From the NCBI GenBank assembly GCA_030704615.1, contig CM060732.1:79422001-79486000 (forward strand): 64,000 bases of DNA. Direction: 5' to 3'. Position 1 is the first letter of the stretch; each line of letters starts with the position of its first letter. The notes beneath the pieces are model-generated. The model saw only the letters and a program-made list of their open reading frames with translations. It was not told the DNA's origin and made no database searches. A program made the position numbers and the translations under genes. This document shows, one piece after another, positions 36,422-47,858 of the stretch. Origin of the DNA: Takakia lepidozioides. Taxonomy: Eukaryota; Plantae; Bryophyta.

Positions 36422-39400
36422 ATGGCTCCGAATTCCTACGCTATAGTTTGCTGTCCTCCGCAACTTGGGAGAGCCTGGATCCCAAACGAGGGAGGACTTT
36501 GCAGAGTGACTGAAACTTACCTTTGTTCCAAATTCAAGCTCAAACCGGGCACAGTTTATTTGGAAGAAGAAAGGAAGGATGTTCTTGGACAGGTTGACGA
36601 GACCATTGTTGTGCTAGGTAACGACGGAGGTTGCGGAATCGAATGGCACGTACCCCCATCAGACACCATCCTGTACCGAGCTGTGGGAATGCCCATTCCC
36701 TTTCCGAATCAGTCGCTGCCCACACCATCCACAAAGGAGTCCGGAAACCGACAGGCGGCCACTGCCAACAGAGAGGTATGCAACGATAATCATTCCCGAC
36801 CTGGACCGTCAAGACCCTCCATAGCTTCTCATGTGGACGTATTCGACATTTCCGAGGAGGAAGATGATTGCATTGAGGTACCCATGTCCTCCACACGGTC
36901 GTTCAAATCCGGCATGGACGTCTCTGTAGGTGCTACGCATGTGCCCTCGAGCATAACTCCAACCCGGTCCATTGTGCAGCTCCTACGACAACATCACCTC
37001 GATGGTTCTCACTCCGAGCTGGCTGCTCTCGACTATGCCAAATTCCCAGTCAGAAAGGTAACGTTTCTGCCTCCCGAAGTCGATGGCAATAGTTTCCACA
37101 TGTTTCTTCGTCAAACAAAGCCTCCGGGATGTTAACAGACATGGATCAAAAGCATGACGGACACCCCTGGTGTGTGACGAAGACCAGTAGCACGAAAATT
37201 GCTGATGGTGTTCGTGTACGATATGTCCTCTGTGCGGGGAAGCTGAGGTGCCTCAATCCCACCTGCTTCCACTTTCTCTCCAAAGGAGGGCGGAGAAACG
37301 AGACGGATTGGACTGGCACAACGCATCATCCATTCATTGTCTCAAGCCAAGCTCCTGCGGGTTCTTTCAAGTGTGCACATTGCAAAGAACCACCGACGTG
37401 CATGTCCATGTGCAGAGCTAAGCAATATTACGTAATCCATTTGCTCCCGGACTTGACTAGAGCTTGCATACACGTTGGGGTCCACTGCCACCCCTTGGCG
37501 AGAGGCAACATGCGTGAGGCTGTGCAGGAAGCACACGACATCATAAAAGAGGAGGTGAAATTGAGCCCCGGAGCCAGACCAAAGCAGATTCAGCTAAAGG
37601 CAGCCCACAAGATTGCTCTTGGCAAAATCATGTCTGAAGATGGTTCCGACCGAGAGCCCTTGACCGAAGACGAGATGCGTGACCTCTTGGAGTCCGTCTC
37701 GCACGTTTGTAGTCCGAATGTGCGGAATCACATCGTATCTTGCAAGCAAGAGTTCGGCAGGGGGTCGGACATGTACTCAATCCTGGAGGTGAAACGAATG
37801 ACTGGATATGACTACATCCAAGGTAGCAGGTTTCCAGGGCAAGGCAGCGAATCCGATCGTTGTTACATTTTCAAAATGTCGACGTGTGGGCCTGGGAGTG
37901 GAGTCGACTTGGTCACTCGCATGACAACTGGAAACTTGTCGAATGCTTGGGTGATGTTTGATCACATCAAGCAAATTACAGACCATCAGTGGGTGACTAT
38001 GGGTGCGCATGTTTATGACTATCACTCCAAGAGGCTCATGACGATTGCAATCTGCGAGATGAAAGGGGAGGACACACAGTCCGAGATGCATCTGTGGGAG
38101 GGCATAAACGAGCAGATGGCAAGGGCGGGATTGCCAGAGACCAATTTCAGGGGATTCATGGCAGACAACGCTCAGGCCAACTGGGCAGCGGTGCGGCGTG
38201 TGTACGGTGAGGACCCCAATGTTCCAATGGAGGGGAAAGAGAGATCCTGTGGATTCCATTGGATGCAGAGTCTATCTCACTACACTTCCAAATTTGTTGC
38301 TAGCTCATTCCAGGCTGAACACCGTGTCCTTTGTACGGCGTGGAAGGATGCACCCACATTTGATGACGCGGAGGTTAAGTTTGCTATCATCGAGGCTTGG
38401 TGGAACACGTCAGGTGCAGTGGAGACAACCAATCTGGGAGCATTGCACAGCTGGTTGGGGTGGTGGCATTTTCGGTATCGACAGTTTGGACAGTACATGC
38501 GAGAGGTAGGCTGCTGTCATTTTCGTTCATTTGTCTTTCTGTTACGGACATTTCGATTGGTCCCTCACCATTGTTTGTGTCCTTCTAGGAGCGGTGCTTG
38601 GATTCCAATACGGACATGCCGAACACGAATATGGCAGAATCGGTCCACTCCTCTTGGCGAGCGTCTTCTGCCGCACATCTGGTGGACGTAGTGACGACAA
38701 CAACGGAGGACATCGACAGAGCAATCATGCAGCAAGCCACGTACTACAAGTTCCTGAGCGGCAAACAATGGGGCTTTGGGCCGGACAGGGAGGAATTGTT
38801 GGTACGAACAGCTTCAAGGTCCAAGAATCCACTGAAATGGGCGACAACATTGCGAGAGAAGATCAAAGGGACGCCTCTGCACCGCAGAGGTGAACACCTA
38901 GAGGGGGACGTCCGGACTCGCCCTGTGAGGCGGAGGATTGAAGAGGAACCCGGGTGCGAAGAGGATTCCTGGAGATCCGACAGGAACATTCGGACAGCAC
39001 CTCGAGGTCCCGTCATGTTGCCGCACAATGTGTCTTCCAGCAGTGGAAGCCCAAGAAATTCCAGATCGCCGTCGCCTTCAACCGGGGATTTCGTGCGAGA
39101 AATTCCCACCGCTCCCTTGCCCCAGATTCCGCCCGCTGTTATGCAGTATGGCCAAGCCATTGTGGAGATGACTGTGTCTGCATCACAATGGAGAATTGCT
39201 CGCACAAAGCCGTCGTTTCGAGGAAGGTGTTCCGCAATTCGTGTGGATACACGACAATGTTGTTTAGAGATGATAAGGAGGAATCCAGATGGGGCTGTCC
39301 CTACTCCTACTTTTACAGGAAGATTTGTCCATGCAAAGTTTGCGGAGGCGACAACCACCCAGTTCTGGTTCTGCAGGCACGACATTATGACTTGCGTGTA

Positions 39401-40019
39401 TGGAAAGCCCAAGTACGGCATACAAACAATGCCAGAAGCTCCCCCGGTGTGGCCGGTGGAACCAGGCTGCGATCTGAGTCAGGTTGAGGCCGACGCCCTT
39501 ACTGCCGCAGGATTTCGGATGGTGCAGCGCATTGACGTCCCCAGACAACCATTTCCGCTTCCACAGCCTCCACCACCGACCTCTGTGAGAGCAAGAACAA
39601 TGGGACACGACAGCTCTAAGCATCCCACACACGGTTGGGGGAAACCGAAGAGGCAGCGACCTCCCTCAAAAGTGAACGAGACAAGGATGGGGAATGCACT
39701 TCGGATGAATTGTACAATCCAGAGCTCGACAGAAGTGCCCCCACCAGGATTCGGGCGTGTGTATCAGATGGCCACGGCAGGCTCAGCTGTTTGCAATGAG
39801 GTGTACACCATCATCAATTCAGAATTACCCACCTGCAATTGCACCGACTTCCAGATCATGGCGAACAAGGGGGCATCATACTGCCCTTGCAAGCATTTGT
39901 ACTACGTGTACCTAAAGAGACTCTGTTGTAATTCCACAACTCATCACTTCATACATGCACCAGGGTTGAGCCCCCAGGAGGTTCACACTCTTCTGAATAT
40001 GGATCCAGGGGACCAGTGA
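36422..40019 (+). pseudogene. Mutator-family DDE transposase with N-terminal GCM/WRKY-like zinc domain and C-terminal SWIM finger; frameshift near 37090-37130; intron 38506-38588
   Basis: LPPEVDG...DGHPW...CAGKLRCLNPTC...C..C...HVGVHCHP; catalytic-type VMFDH, FMADN, CGFHW, TNMAESVH; SWIM CNCTDF...CPCKH. Confidence 0.85.
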
Positions 40020-40799
40020 GCTTGGCTTGCGGTCCCAATACAATGGTACGCCCATCCTTTTTGGATAATAGAACTGTACTGCTGCCAGTACCTCAGACTC
40101 TGGCCACAGAAAGGTCCGACATATGTCTTGCCTACCAGTAACTTGTTTTGCTCGAACTAAGATATTACTATATCGTTCACTTGTTTCCACGTGCATGTAT
40201 TTTTGTATGTTGGAGGGTTCATGTTTTTCTGCTTTCCGAAAACTTGCTTTCCTCATTCGACCTCCGACAAGGAAATGCGGCGCCGCATTTCCAAGTATCG
40301 TCGTAGGTATTGGTAGAGGCGGCCTTCGCCAACACCAAACCGCTCTGAAATTTCGCACGTGCCAACCCTAATGCGGCACCTTATTTCCCAGTTCAGTTGC
40401 AAACCTTTCCCGCCGAATACCCGAAGAAGACAGAATTGTGAAGTACTGCAGACTCTATTGGTGCAGACTCCATTGGTTCAATCGCGGCAAAAGGGTCAAC
40501 TTCATTCCAATGTTAAGGCATGTAAGACCGCGGAATACTCTATACAGGCCAGTATGCGACGTCATTTTGCAGTGGTATACTGGATTTCCCGTTGCACGGT
40601 CACTTATTTCCATGAGCGGATCTAAAAAACCATGAGCGGACTTGTTACTGACGACATATCTTCGCCGCATTACATGATCTGGAACGTCCAAAAACGGCAA
40701 GGTCAAATAAAAAACTATTATTTTAATACTTGTTTAATCTGCTGCATTTCCAAATTTGGAGGAGTCCGCTCATGAAATCCGCGTATCTTAGACTTCGGC

Positions 40800-40861
40800 T
40801 CACCGCTCATGCGGCTCATGGCTCATGGCTCATGGTTTCTGCTCATGAAATAGTAAACCTC
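40800..40861 (-). repeat. Right TIR with tandem GCTCATG subterminal motifs
   Basis: gctcatgcggctcatggctcatggctcatggtttctgctcatgaaatag, reverse complement of the left end. Confidence 0.85.
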
Positions 40862-40963
40862 CAATACCAGCTTTGACGATGTCATCATGGAGCTCTTTGG
40901 CCTTTTCAAGAGCTGCCAAGCTCGCACAGGCATTGCAAACACAAACAAACGTGATGTAGTCAG
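40862..40963 (-). pseudogene. 102-bp middle remnant of the disrupted PPR paralog between the two transposons
   Basis: Matches the reverse complement of ~12955-13055 (ITFVCVCNACASLAALEKAKELHDDIVKAGI). Confidence 0.9.
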
Positions 40964-41436
40964 CACTACAAGAGATGAGCGTTTTTAGGACTACGGGTTT
41001 GGCGGAGTCATAAAAACTGCACTAGGTACATGACTACAGAGCGCTGAAATGCATTACAGTTTTAGTTTTATGACTTTGTAGTAATGGATATCACTACATG
41101 ACTCCGGAAAGTTAGGGAGCATTGGTCAAACATTGTTGACCATGATGACAAGGATGGTTTATATGACTAGTGTGATATGTTTGACTACACGTGGACGACG
41201 TTTCATGGAATCTTATGACTCCATGACTGAAGATGGTTTCAGAGCTCTATTTATACGACTACATCACTACACGTGTCATTTTGAAGGCACATATAATGCA
41301 AATAAGGTTGCCCATTAGGTTTAAAAAAGTTAAAATAATTGCTAATAAGGTTGCCCATTAGTGTAATCGTGAACAGAAAGGAGGGCTGGGACTTGGCGTC
41401 TTTTTGTCTCCTGCGCCACACCACATAGCTGAGGGA

Positions 41437-43530
41437 TGGAACGCGATGATAGCAGGATATGCAGGGGCGTGGGATGGAGGCGTTGAGCAAATGATGCACG
41501 AGGAGAAGAGGAGGAGGAGACGAGACGAGGACAAGCGAGCTCGCCGTTCTTGGGAGAGTCAGCTTGGTCTTAGCAAGCGTGTTTCAATCTCTGACTACTC
41601 ATCTACGCCGTAGTGGTTCGATCTGACAGACCAATCCGACATTACCTGACTACAGACACAAGCAGCACACACAAGAGGTCATCGGTCAAATCCTCCATGG
41701 GTCAGGACAGGTCAAGGACAATGTGGTAGGGCACCTTCTTCTTCAACCTATTTCAGCCTGTGTTGCCCTCTCATCAGACTCGGCCGCAAGATGCATATTG
41801 AATTCTGTAAGTTAGGTCGTTGGGTACATCTGTGGTGGTTTGGAGTGACTTTGGCAAGTTACTGCCAGTGTGGCAGCAGGGAAGTATCCAAAAACATATA
41901 ATAGAGGTGAGGAGAAGCTTTGGGGTGAACACTTTCCGACCCCAATGGTGGGACAATGGAGACAAAAAGGCGAATGCCTGTTGGACTACAGAGAGAAGCA
42001 GATGCATTTCAGATTGTGATAAGTAGGGTTGGGGTGTTTTGGGGAAGAACTCCACACCAGTATGGTTGGGGTGTTTGCTGGTAGAATTGTAGGCTGTCAG
42101 AGGCATGGATAGCTGAAGGAGCAGGGATAGAGTGTGGGTCCACATTCATCCAAGAGGGCTGGATTTCAAGCTCCACATTACCTATGATTCCCTGTGGAAG
42201 GATAGGTACAAGAAACCTACATGGGTAGATGGTCAACTGGAAGCGGCATGCTGTACTATATGTCATTCCAGAGACTGTCATTGTTGGTCCATGTGTTTTA
42301 CAACAATGCTATCAATATAAGACTCCTGGTTCGCATTGGAAGCTCAATCCCTGCAAGTTCATTGTGTGTGAAGCTCAAACTTGCGATTTGAAGGATCTTG
42401 TAGCCAAGTTCATTCAACCGGAAAGGAGAAATTCTGAAAGCTCCCAAATTTGATGTGGGCAAGCTTATGGAGGTAAGACTTAGCTTCCCTCCTCTAATGT
42501 AAGTGTTGGATAAGTTTCATTTAGTGTCGACCTTCACTGCATATATTGGCTCTTTTCTTGGCTGGTTTCATATTTTCTTGGCTGGTATGCTGTTGGTTGG
42601 CTTCTTTCATTTCACGTGTGTAGTGGAAGGGGAGAAGTACTTTCCTAAGTTCTGCTGCAACAATGTCTTTTTCCAGCCTAGATGTTTTCGATGGATACAA
42701 ATTGAAGTGCTTTGAATGTTGCTGCAATACTATAATAAAGTGGAGGGTGCTGAATGCAGTTGGCCTTGCTTCGTGCAGGCATAATCCAGGGAAATGTGGA
42801 CATAGCTGAAACCCCATGATAGCATTTCCAGAGGACGGTGTGGATGGCCTCACAATCCAGCATGCAAAATCCATGACAATGTGGAGCTGGCTGAATGGGC
42901 AAACAGGTTAAGTGGCGAACAAGCCACGTCACTGGTACATAGTTGCATGCTTACATAGTACATGAAAGCGTACTATATGTCATTCCCGAAATTGACCATG
43001 TTGGTCCATGTATTTTACAACAATGCTATCAATAAAAGACCAATGGTTCGCATTGGAAACTCTATCCCCGTAAGTGGCTTGTGCGTGATGCTCAAACTTG
43101 TGATTTGAAGGATCTTATACCCCAGTTCATTGCAGAGGTCATTGGAAAAGACATTGAGAAGGCAACAGCCGTTATCTATAATCTACAGATCCCCTTCAAT
43201 TTGATGTGGGAAAGCCGGCTGGCTGGAGGTCTAGTCTCACTTTCACTCATCTAATGTCAGTGTTGTATCCATTGCAATGTGGAGATGTTTGAAACAACAT
43301 TGGAGCATTTCCAGAGGATGGTCTGGATGGCCTTTCGTGGCGTGTGCCGAATCCATGGCAAGAAAACATTGCAGGCAGAACCCATGGCAATGGTACCAGC
43401 ACGGGTTGGTCCAAAGCCAATTGCAACAACAAATGAATAAAGGGTGCTGAAAGGAAAGCACTCCATAATTGATCATAAAATCCAGTGTCCAAGCATGATA
43501 TCTTAATGGGAATGCGAAGGGAGTGTTACC
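41437..43530 (+). pseudogene. Captured host fragments in the CACTA left arm: PPR pieces, PPR-upstream module, two 40S ribosomal protein S3a fragments
   Basis: WNAMIAGYA (41437); MWVHIHPRGLDFK (42132); AQTCDLKDLVAKFI...ILKAPKFDVGKLME (42361-42472); CDLKDLIPQFIAEVIGKDIEKATAVIYNLQ (43081-43190); VWMAFRGVCRIHG (43321). Confidence 0.75.
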
Positions 43531-43582
43531 ACCTTAAACTATCATGCATGGTCTATAACTGGAGTGCACAAATCGCGCATAT

Positions 43583-46500
43583 CTAATCTTCATCATCCTC
43601 ATCTATGTCTGGGTCACTACATGTATCACTGTCTTCATCACAGACTTCATCTTCTCCAAGGGTTGGCTGAACATCATCACCACGTATACGGGGTGCTCGG
43701 AGGTACAAGGAGGCCACCTGCTCTGGAGTAACCGGTACCGCTCGGCTGCATGTTGGGCCATCAGTAACCACAGTCTCCTCTAGTCTTTGTGGGGCTAACA
43801 ATCCTTCCACTTCCGCCACATCATCATTATCAATTGATATGTCGCAGACCACTCTACGTGCTCGGGGGCTCTTCTCCAGGACGACTTTCCACCCCGGCTC
43901 CTTCACACAATCAGAAAAAAACACTTGATCAACCTGGCCAGGAAACACAAAAGGTTGCTCAGAAGGTGGAAGCATACGGTTAAAATTGACAAGTGTGAAG
44001 CCAGCATCATCCTGCTTCATTGACATAGGTTGACGACCCACGCGACTCGCCCGTACCCACGAACACAAAAACACTATAGGCTGTGTTTGGCCATAGTCAA
44101 TTTGCAAAATCTCCCTTATAAGACCCACATATCTTGTAGGTTCCTCCATGTCATTGCCTGAATTGTTGGTAATGGGCTGGTGCTGGAAAACAGATGAGAC
44201 TCCACAATCAAAAGACACCATACTTGTTGTTCATGCCGGGGGATGTAACCCTGTAATGGTTACCATACGCTGTCATACTCTTGAATGACAGGGCAGTAAA
44301 TGATGGAGGCCTTGAAAGATCCAGTAATTCCTCACGTGTTGTAGGATCAAGCCCATCTGATTGAATTGAGAGATGATCCCGTACACCTTGAGGGAGCCAA
44401 ACAGCAAATGGAGGACAAGGATGCAAATCAGGAGGGTACTGAATTGCCGTGGGATTGCTCATGCCTTCCAGCCCTTGCTCCTCACGAAACAAGCGTCGTC
44501 TGGCTTCTATCCGTGTGGACTCTGCTTCATATATCCTGTCACAATCCGAGGGTCAGCCAGGAGATTGACAGAGGTGGCGTGGGAGATTTGAAAAGACGCC
44601 ATATGCCAACTAATGATAAATGACTAAAACTTGGAAATCTGAATGTCAATGAAGTAGATTTCTTACCCCAACATGACTGATAGACGAGGATGGTTCTGAA
44701 TGATGTACTCATGTACAATATCACACAGGTCATTCAATTTTCGGGCTTTAGAACTTCCTTCCACAACTTCACGTTCCACAGATTCTGCCTCATCTGCATC
44801 CCACACCCTTCGTACACTTCCATCAAATCCTGCCATATACTCTGTGCAAAAACCCAATGCTTCTTCAAATTGGTATCCTTCTGCCATGCTCCCCTCGGGC
44901 CTTGCCATGTTTCTTACGTAGCCCTTCATATCTTTCATTGCCCGCTCCATGGGGTACATCCAACGAGATGCTACGGGCCCGCATAAGTACAACTCATCCA
45001 CTAGGTGAACAACCAGATGTGTCATCACATCAAAAAATGATGGTGGGAACTCCTTCTCTATAAGACACAGAGTGAGAACTGCTTCAGTTCTCAATTCCTC
45101 ATACTCTACAGGATTCACCACTTTTGCACACAACTTCTTAAATACACGACATACTCGCAAAATGGCCCTTCGAGGACCACTTGGCATGAGCCCACGGATA
45201 GCAAGCGGTATAATTTGCTGCATGAGCACATGATAGTCATGTGATTTCATGCCTGACAACTTCTTCTTCACCACATGCTTTTTGAAAGCTGATGCGTAGC
45301 CTGTTGGCACTTTCAAGTTCTGCACAATCTCCAGAAAGACTTGTAACTCAGCCTCAGTGAGGACATAAGGGGCAGGAGGCATAATTAACGTATCTGCTCT
45401 GTCAGGATCACGTTGTAGCCACAATTCCGGGCGCATCCCAAGTAGCTCCAAATCACGGCGAACTTTCAATGTGTCTTTCTCACCAAAGATAGTTTTAATA
45501 ATATTTTCAGCCAAGTTCTTCTCGCAATGCATTGCGTCAAACGTGTGGCGGATGAGGAGACCCTACAAAATGAACACATAAGCAATTGAGCATTTACTCA
45601 TCACAATTTAAACAGAAAACGCAAAAATGTACACAGCCAATTTAAAGGCCATGAAGGAATTACCTCCCAATAAGGTAAGACATATAAAATTGACAATCGC
45701 TTAACTCCATGAGTTTTTGCTGGGTCTGTCCTGCTATCTGGCGTCCCTCCGTTTTCCACCCATGCAGTGCGAGCTGTTGCAAGGTCCTTGATTTGTGTTC
45801 CAGTCTGCGTTTTTGGAGGAGTTCCATGCTCAGTAGCGCCATTGAACATTCTTGACCTTCTATATGGATGATTGCGGGCCAAAAATCTTCGGTGGCCTAG
45901 GAAAACAATTTTTCCACATGTGTGTAACTGCTGTGAAGTCACCCCGGGTCCACAAGCTGGACAACCAGCATAACCTTTCGTCACTTGACCTGAGAGCAAG
46001 CCATATGCAGGGTAGTCATGGATTGACCACATCAACACTGCCCTCAGTGTGAATTCGCGTTGACCACGAGGACGGGAAACATCATGAGCTGCAATCCCTC
46101 TCCATAGTTCCAATAGCTCTTCCACTAGGGGCATCAGGTAAACATCTACGTTGTCCGAGGTAACAGACTCCTTACCAGGAATCAGTAGCGCTAACATGAC
46201 AAAGAACTTTTTGGTCATTAACCACGGAGGCAGATTGTAATTGACCAAGAGAACGGGCCATGTGCTCCAACTTGTGGATTGAGCTCCGTAGGGATTTACA
46301 CCGTCTAAGGCCAATCCAAATCGCAGAGATCGTGGCTCTGCAGCAAAATCCGCAAATGTGGTGTCAATGTGTCTCCATGCTTTGCTATCAGCTGGATGTC
46401 GAACCAACCCATCCTGGCTCTTATGTCTGTCGTGCCATGTCATGAGGTTAGCGATCGATTTACATCGGTACATACGTTTCAACCTTGGAATGACAGGGAA

Positions 46501-47674
46501 GTGTCGCAATACTTTCTTGGGCACACTTCCACGACCTGGAATGTAACGGGAACTGCGGCACACTGGGCAAATGTCTACATTCTCATACTCCCCACGGAAG
46601 AGTACACAACCACGCTCACAGGCATGAATCATCGTGTACTGCAATCCCATCTTGGCAATCATGGTTTTTGCTTCATAGTGAGTTTTCGGCAATGAATTCT
46701 CTTTAGGCAAAAAACTCTTACGCAACAATCCCAGAAGCTCATCCACAAATGCATTGGTGCACTTGTGGGTAGTGCATGCGTTCAGCAACGTCAAAGTTGC
46801 TTGCAGCCGGCTGATGGAGCACCCTTCAAAAAGTGGACATTGCGACGCTCGGAAGAGTTTATCATACTCGGGATCAACGTGCAGGTGAGCATTCTCATCA
46901 AATTCATTGTCTCCGGAATCGTCGAGATCATCGTCATGATCGGCAAATGTGTGATCGGTTCCACCATGAATGGGGTCCTCTCTGTTTGCATCTGCAAAGA
47001 GAAACGCTTCCTGCAATGCACGCTGCATTTCTACCTCCAATCCACCACTCTCATCTGCGTTCTCTGTGACATTGGGCTCCCGCTGTGCCGCAGGGCCTTC
47101 GTCTTCATCATCTGAATATTCACATCCCTGCATCCCAATAGTCATCTTGTGAGTGGACCAACAACGATGTGACACTTGTTCATATTATGACATAGGAGGC
47201 ACGGTGACGTTGCAGTGATGCAGTCATATTTACGTATGTATCTTATGAATATACACCCAATCAAAACACGACATTTGTAACCATTGAAGTCATAGTTGCA
47301 GTCACTTACTTAGTCATATATGACTACATGACTACACATGACCAATGAAAACACGACATGTGCATTAATTAAAGTGATAACGGAAGTGGCGTAGTCATAC
47401 TCACGTCTGTATCTTATGACTTCTTGACTACAATCACCCAACGAAATGTCGACATGTGGAGAAGAGGATCGTTGCATTCAAAATTCAAACTAAAGTGCTG
47501 AAGGGAAAGTGGCGATCTTACCGGAAGAGAACAGCGTTGGAGAAGAGGATCCCTCCCGTGTATCATGTAATGATTCCTCACTGTTTCCAACAAGAGTACT
47601 TTTCCTCCATGACACTCATCGCAGTTGCATAGCATTTTTGTATGCCCATTCCTTGTGGCATAAGCTTCTTCCAT
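43583..47674 (-). pseudogene. CACTA TnpD/Tnp2-type transposase (transposase-associated CxCxxC, Transposase_21, DUF4218, DUF4216-like), multi-exon; apparent frameshift near 44220
   Basis: CNCDEC...H; IHACERGCVLF; LALDGVNPY...STWPVLLVNYNLPPW; HDYPAYG; RHTFDAMHCEKN; KSHDYHVLMQ; RWMYPMER; PFVFPGQVDQVFF. Confidence 0.9.
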
Positions 47675-47858
47675 TCGCCATAACGGTCATCTATTCTACG
47701 CCTACGCATCCGTTCGCCACCTGCACTGTACATGCTTTGAACGTCACCCATTCCCTCTTTGCATGCTACGCACAGTGCATTGTCTCTAGTTTTGCACCAG
47801 CTGCCAATGTGCTATTTCTATATCTATAGTATACTATAAGTATCGTTTCTGAGTGTCC

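Larger units (their letters stand above)
25574..40861. mobile_element. Mutator-like (MULE) DNA transposon, 15.3 kb, with cargo genes
   Basis: 9-bp TSD caataccag at 25565-25573 and 40862-40870 (a 7-bp reading, aatacca, is also possible); imperfect TIRs gggggctgctatttcatgagc / gctcatgaaatagtaaacctc with CATGAGC subterminal repeats; removing it restores PPR sequence; encodes a MULE-type transposase. Confidence 0.9.

Noticed and set aside
25574-40861. Bacterial or phage contamination explaining the ParB-MTase
   Set aside because: The gene has multiple GT-AG introns and sits in a TSD-flanked element within a plant PPR gene
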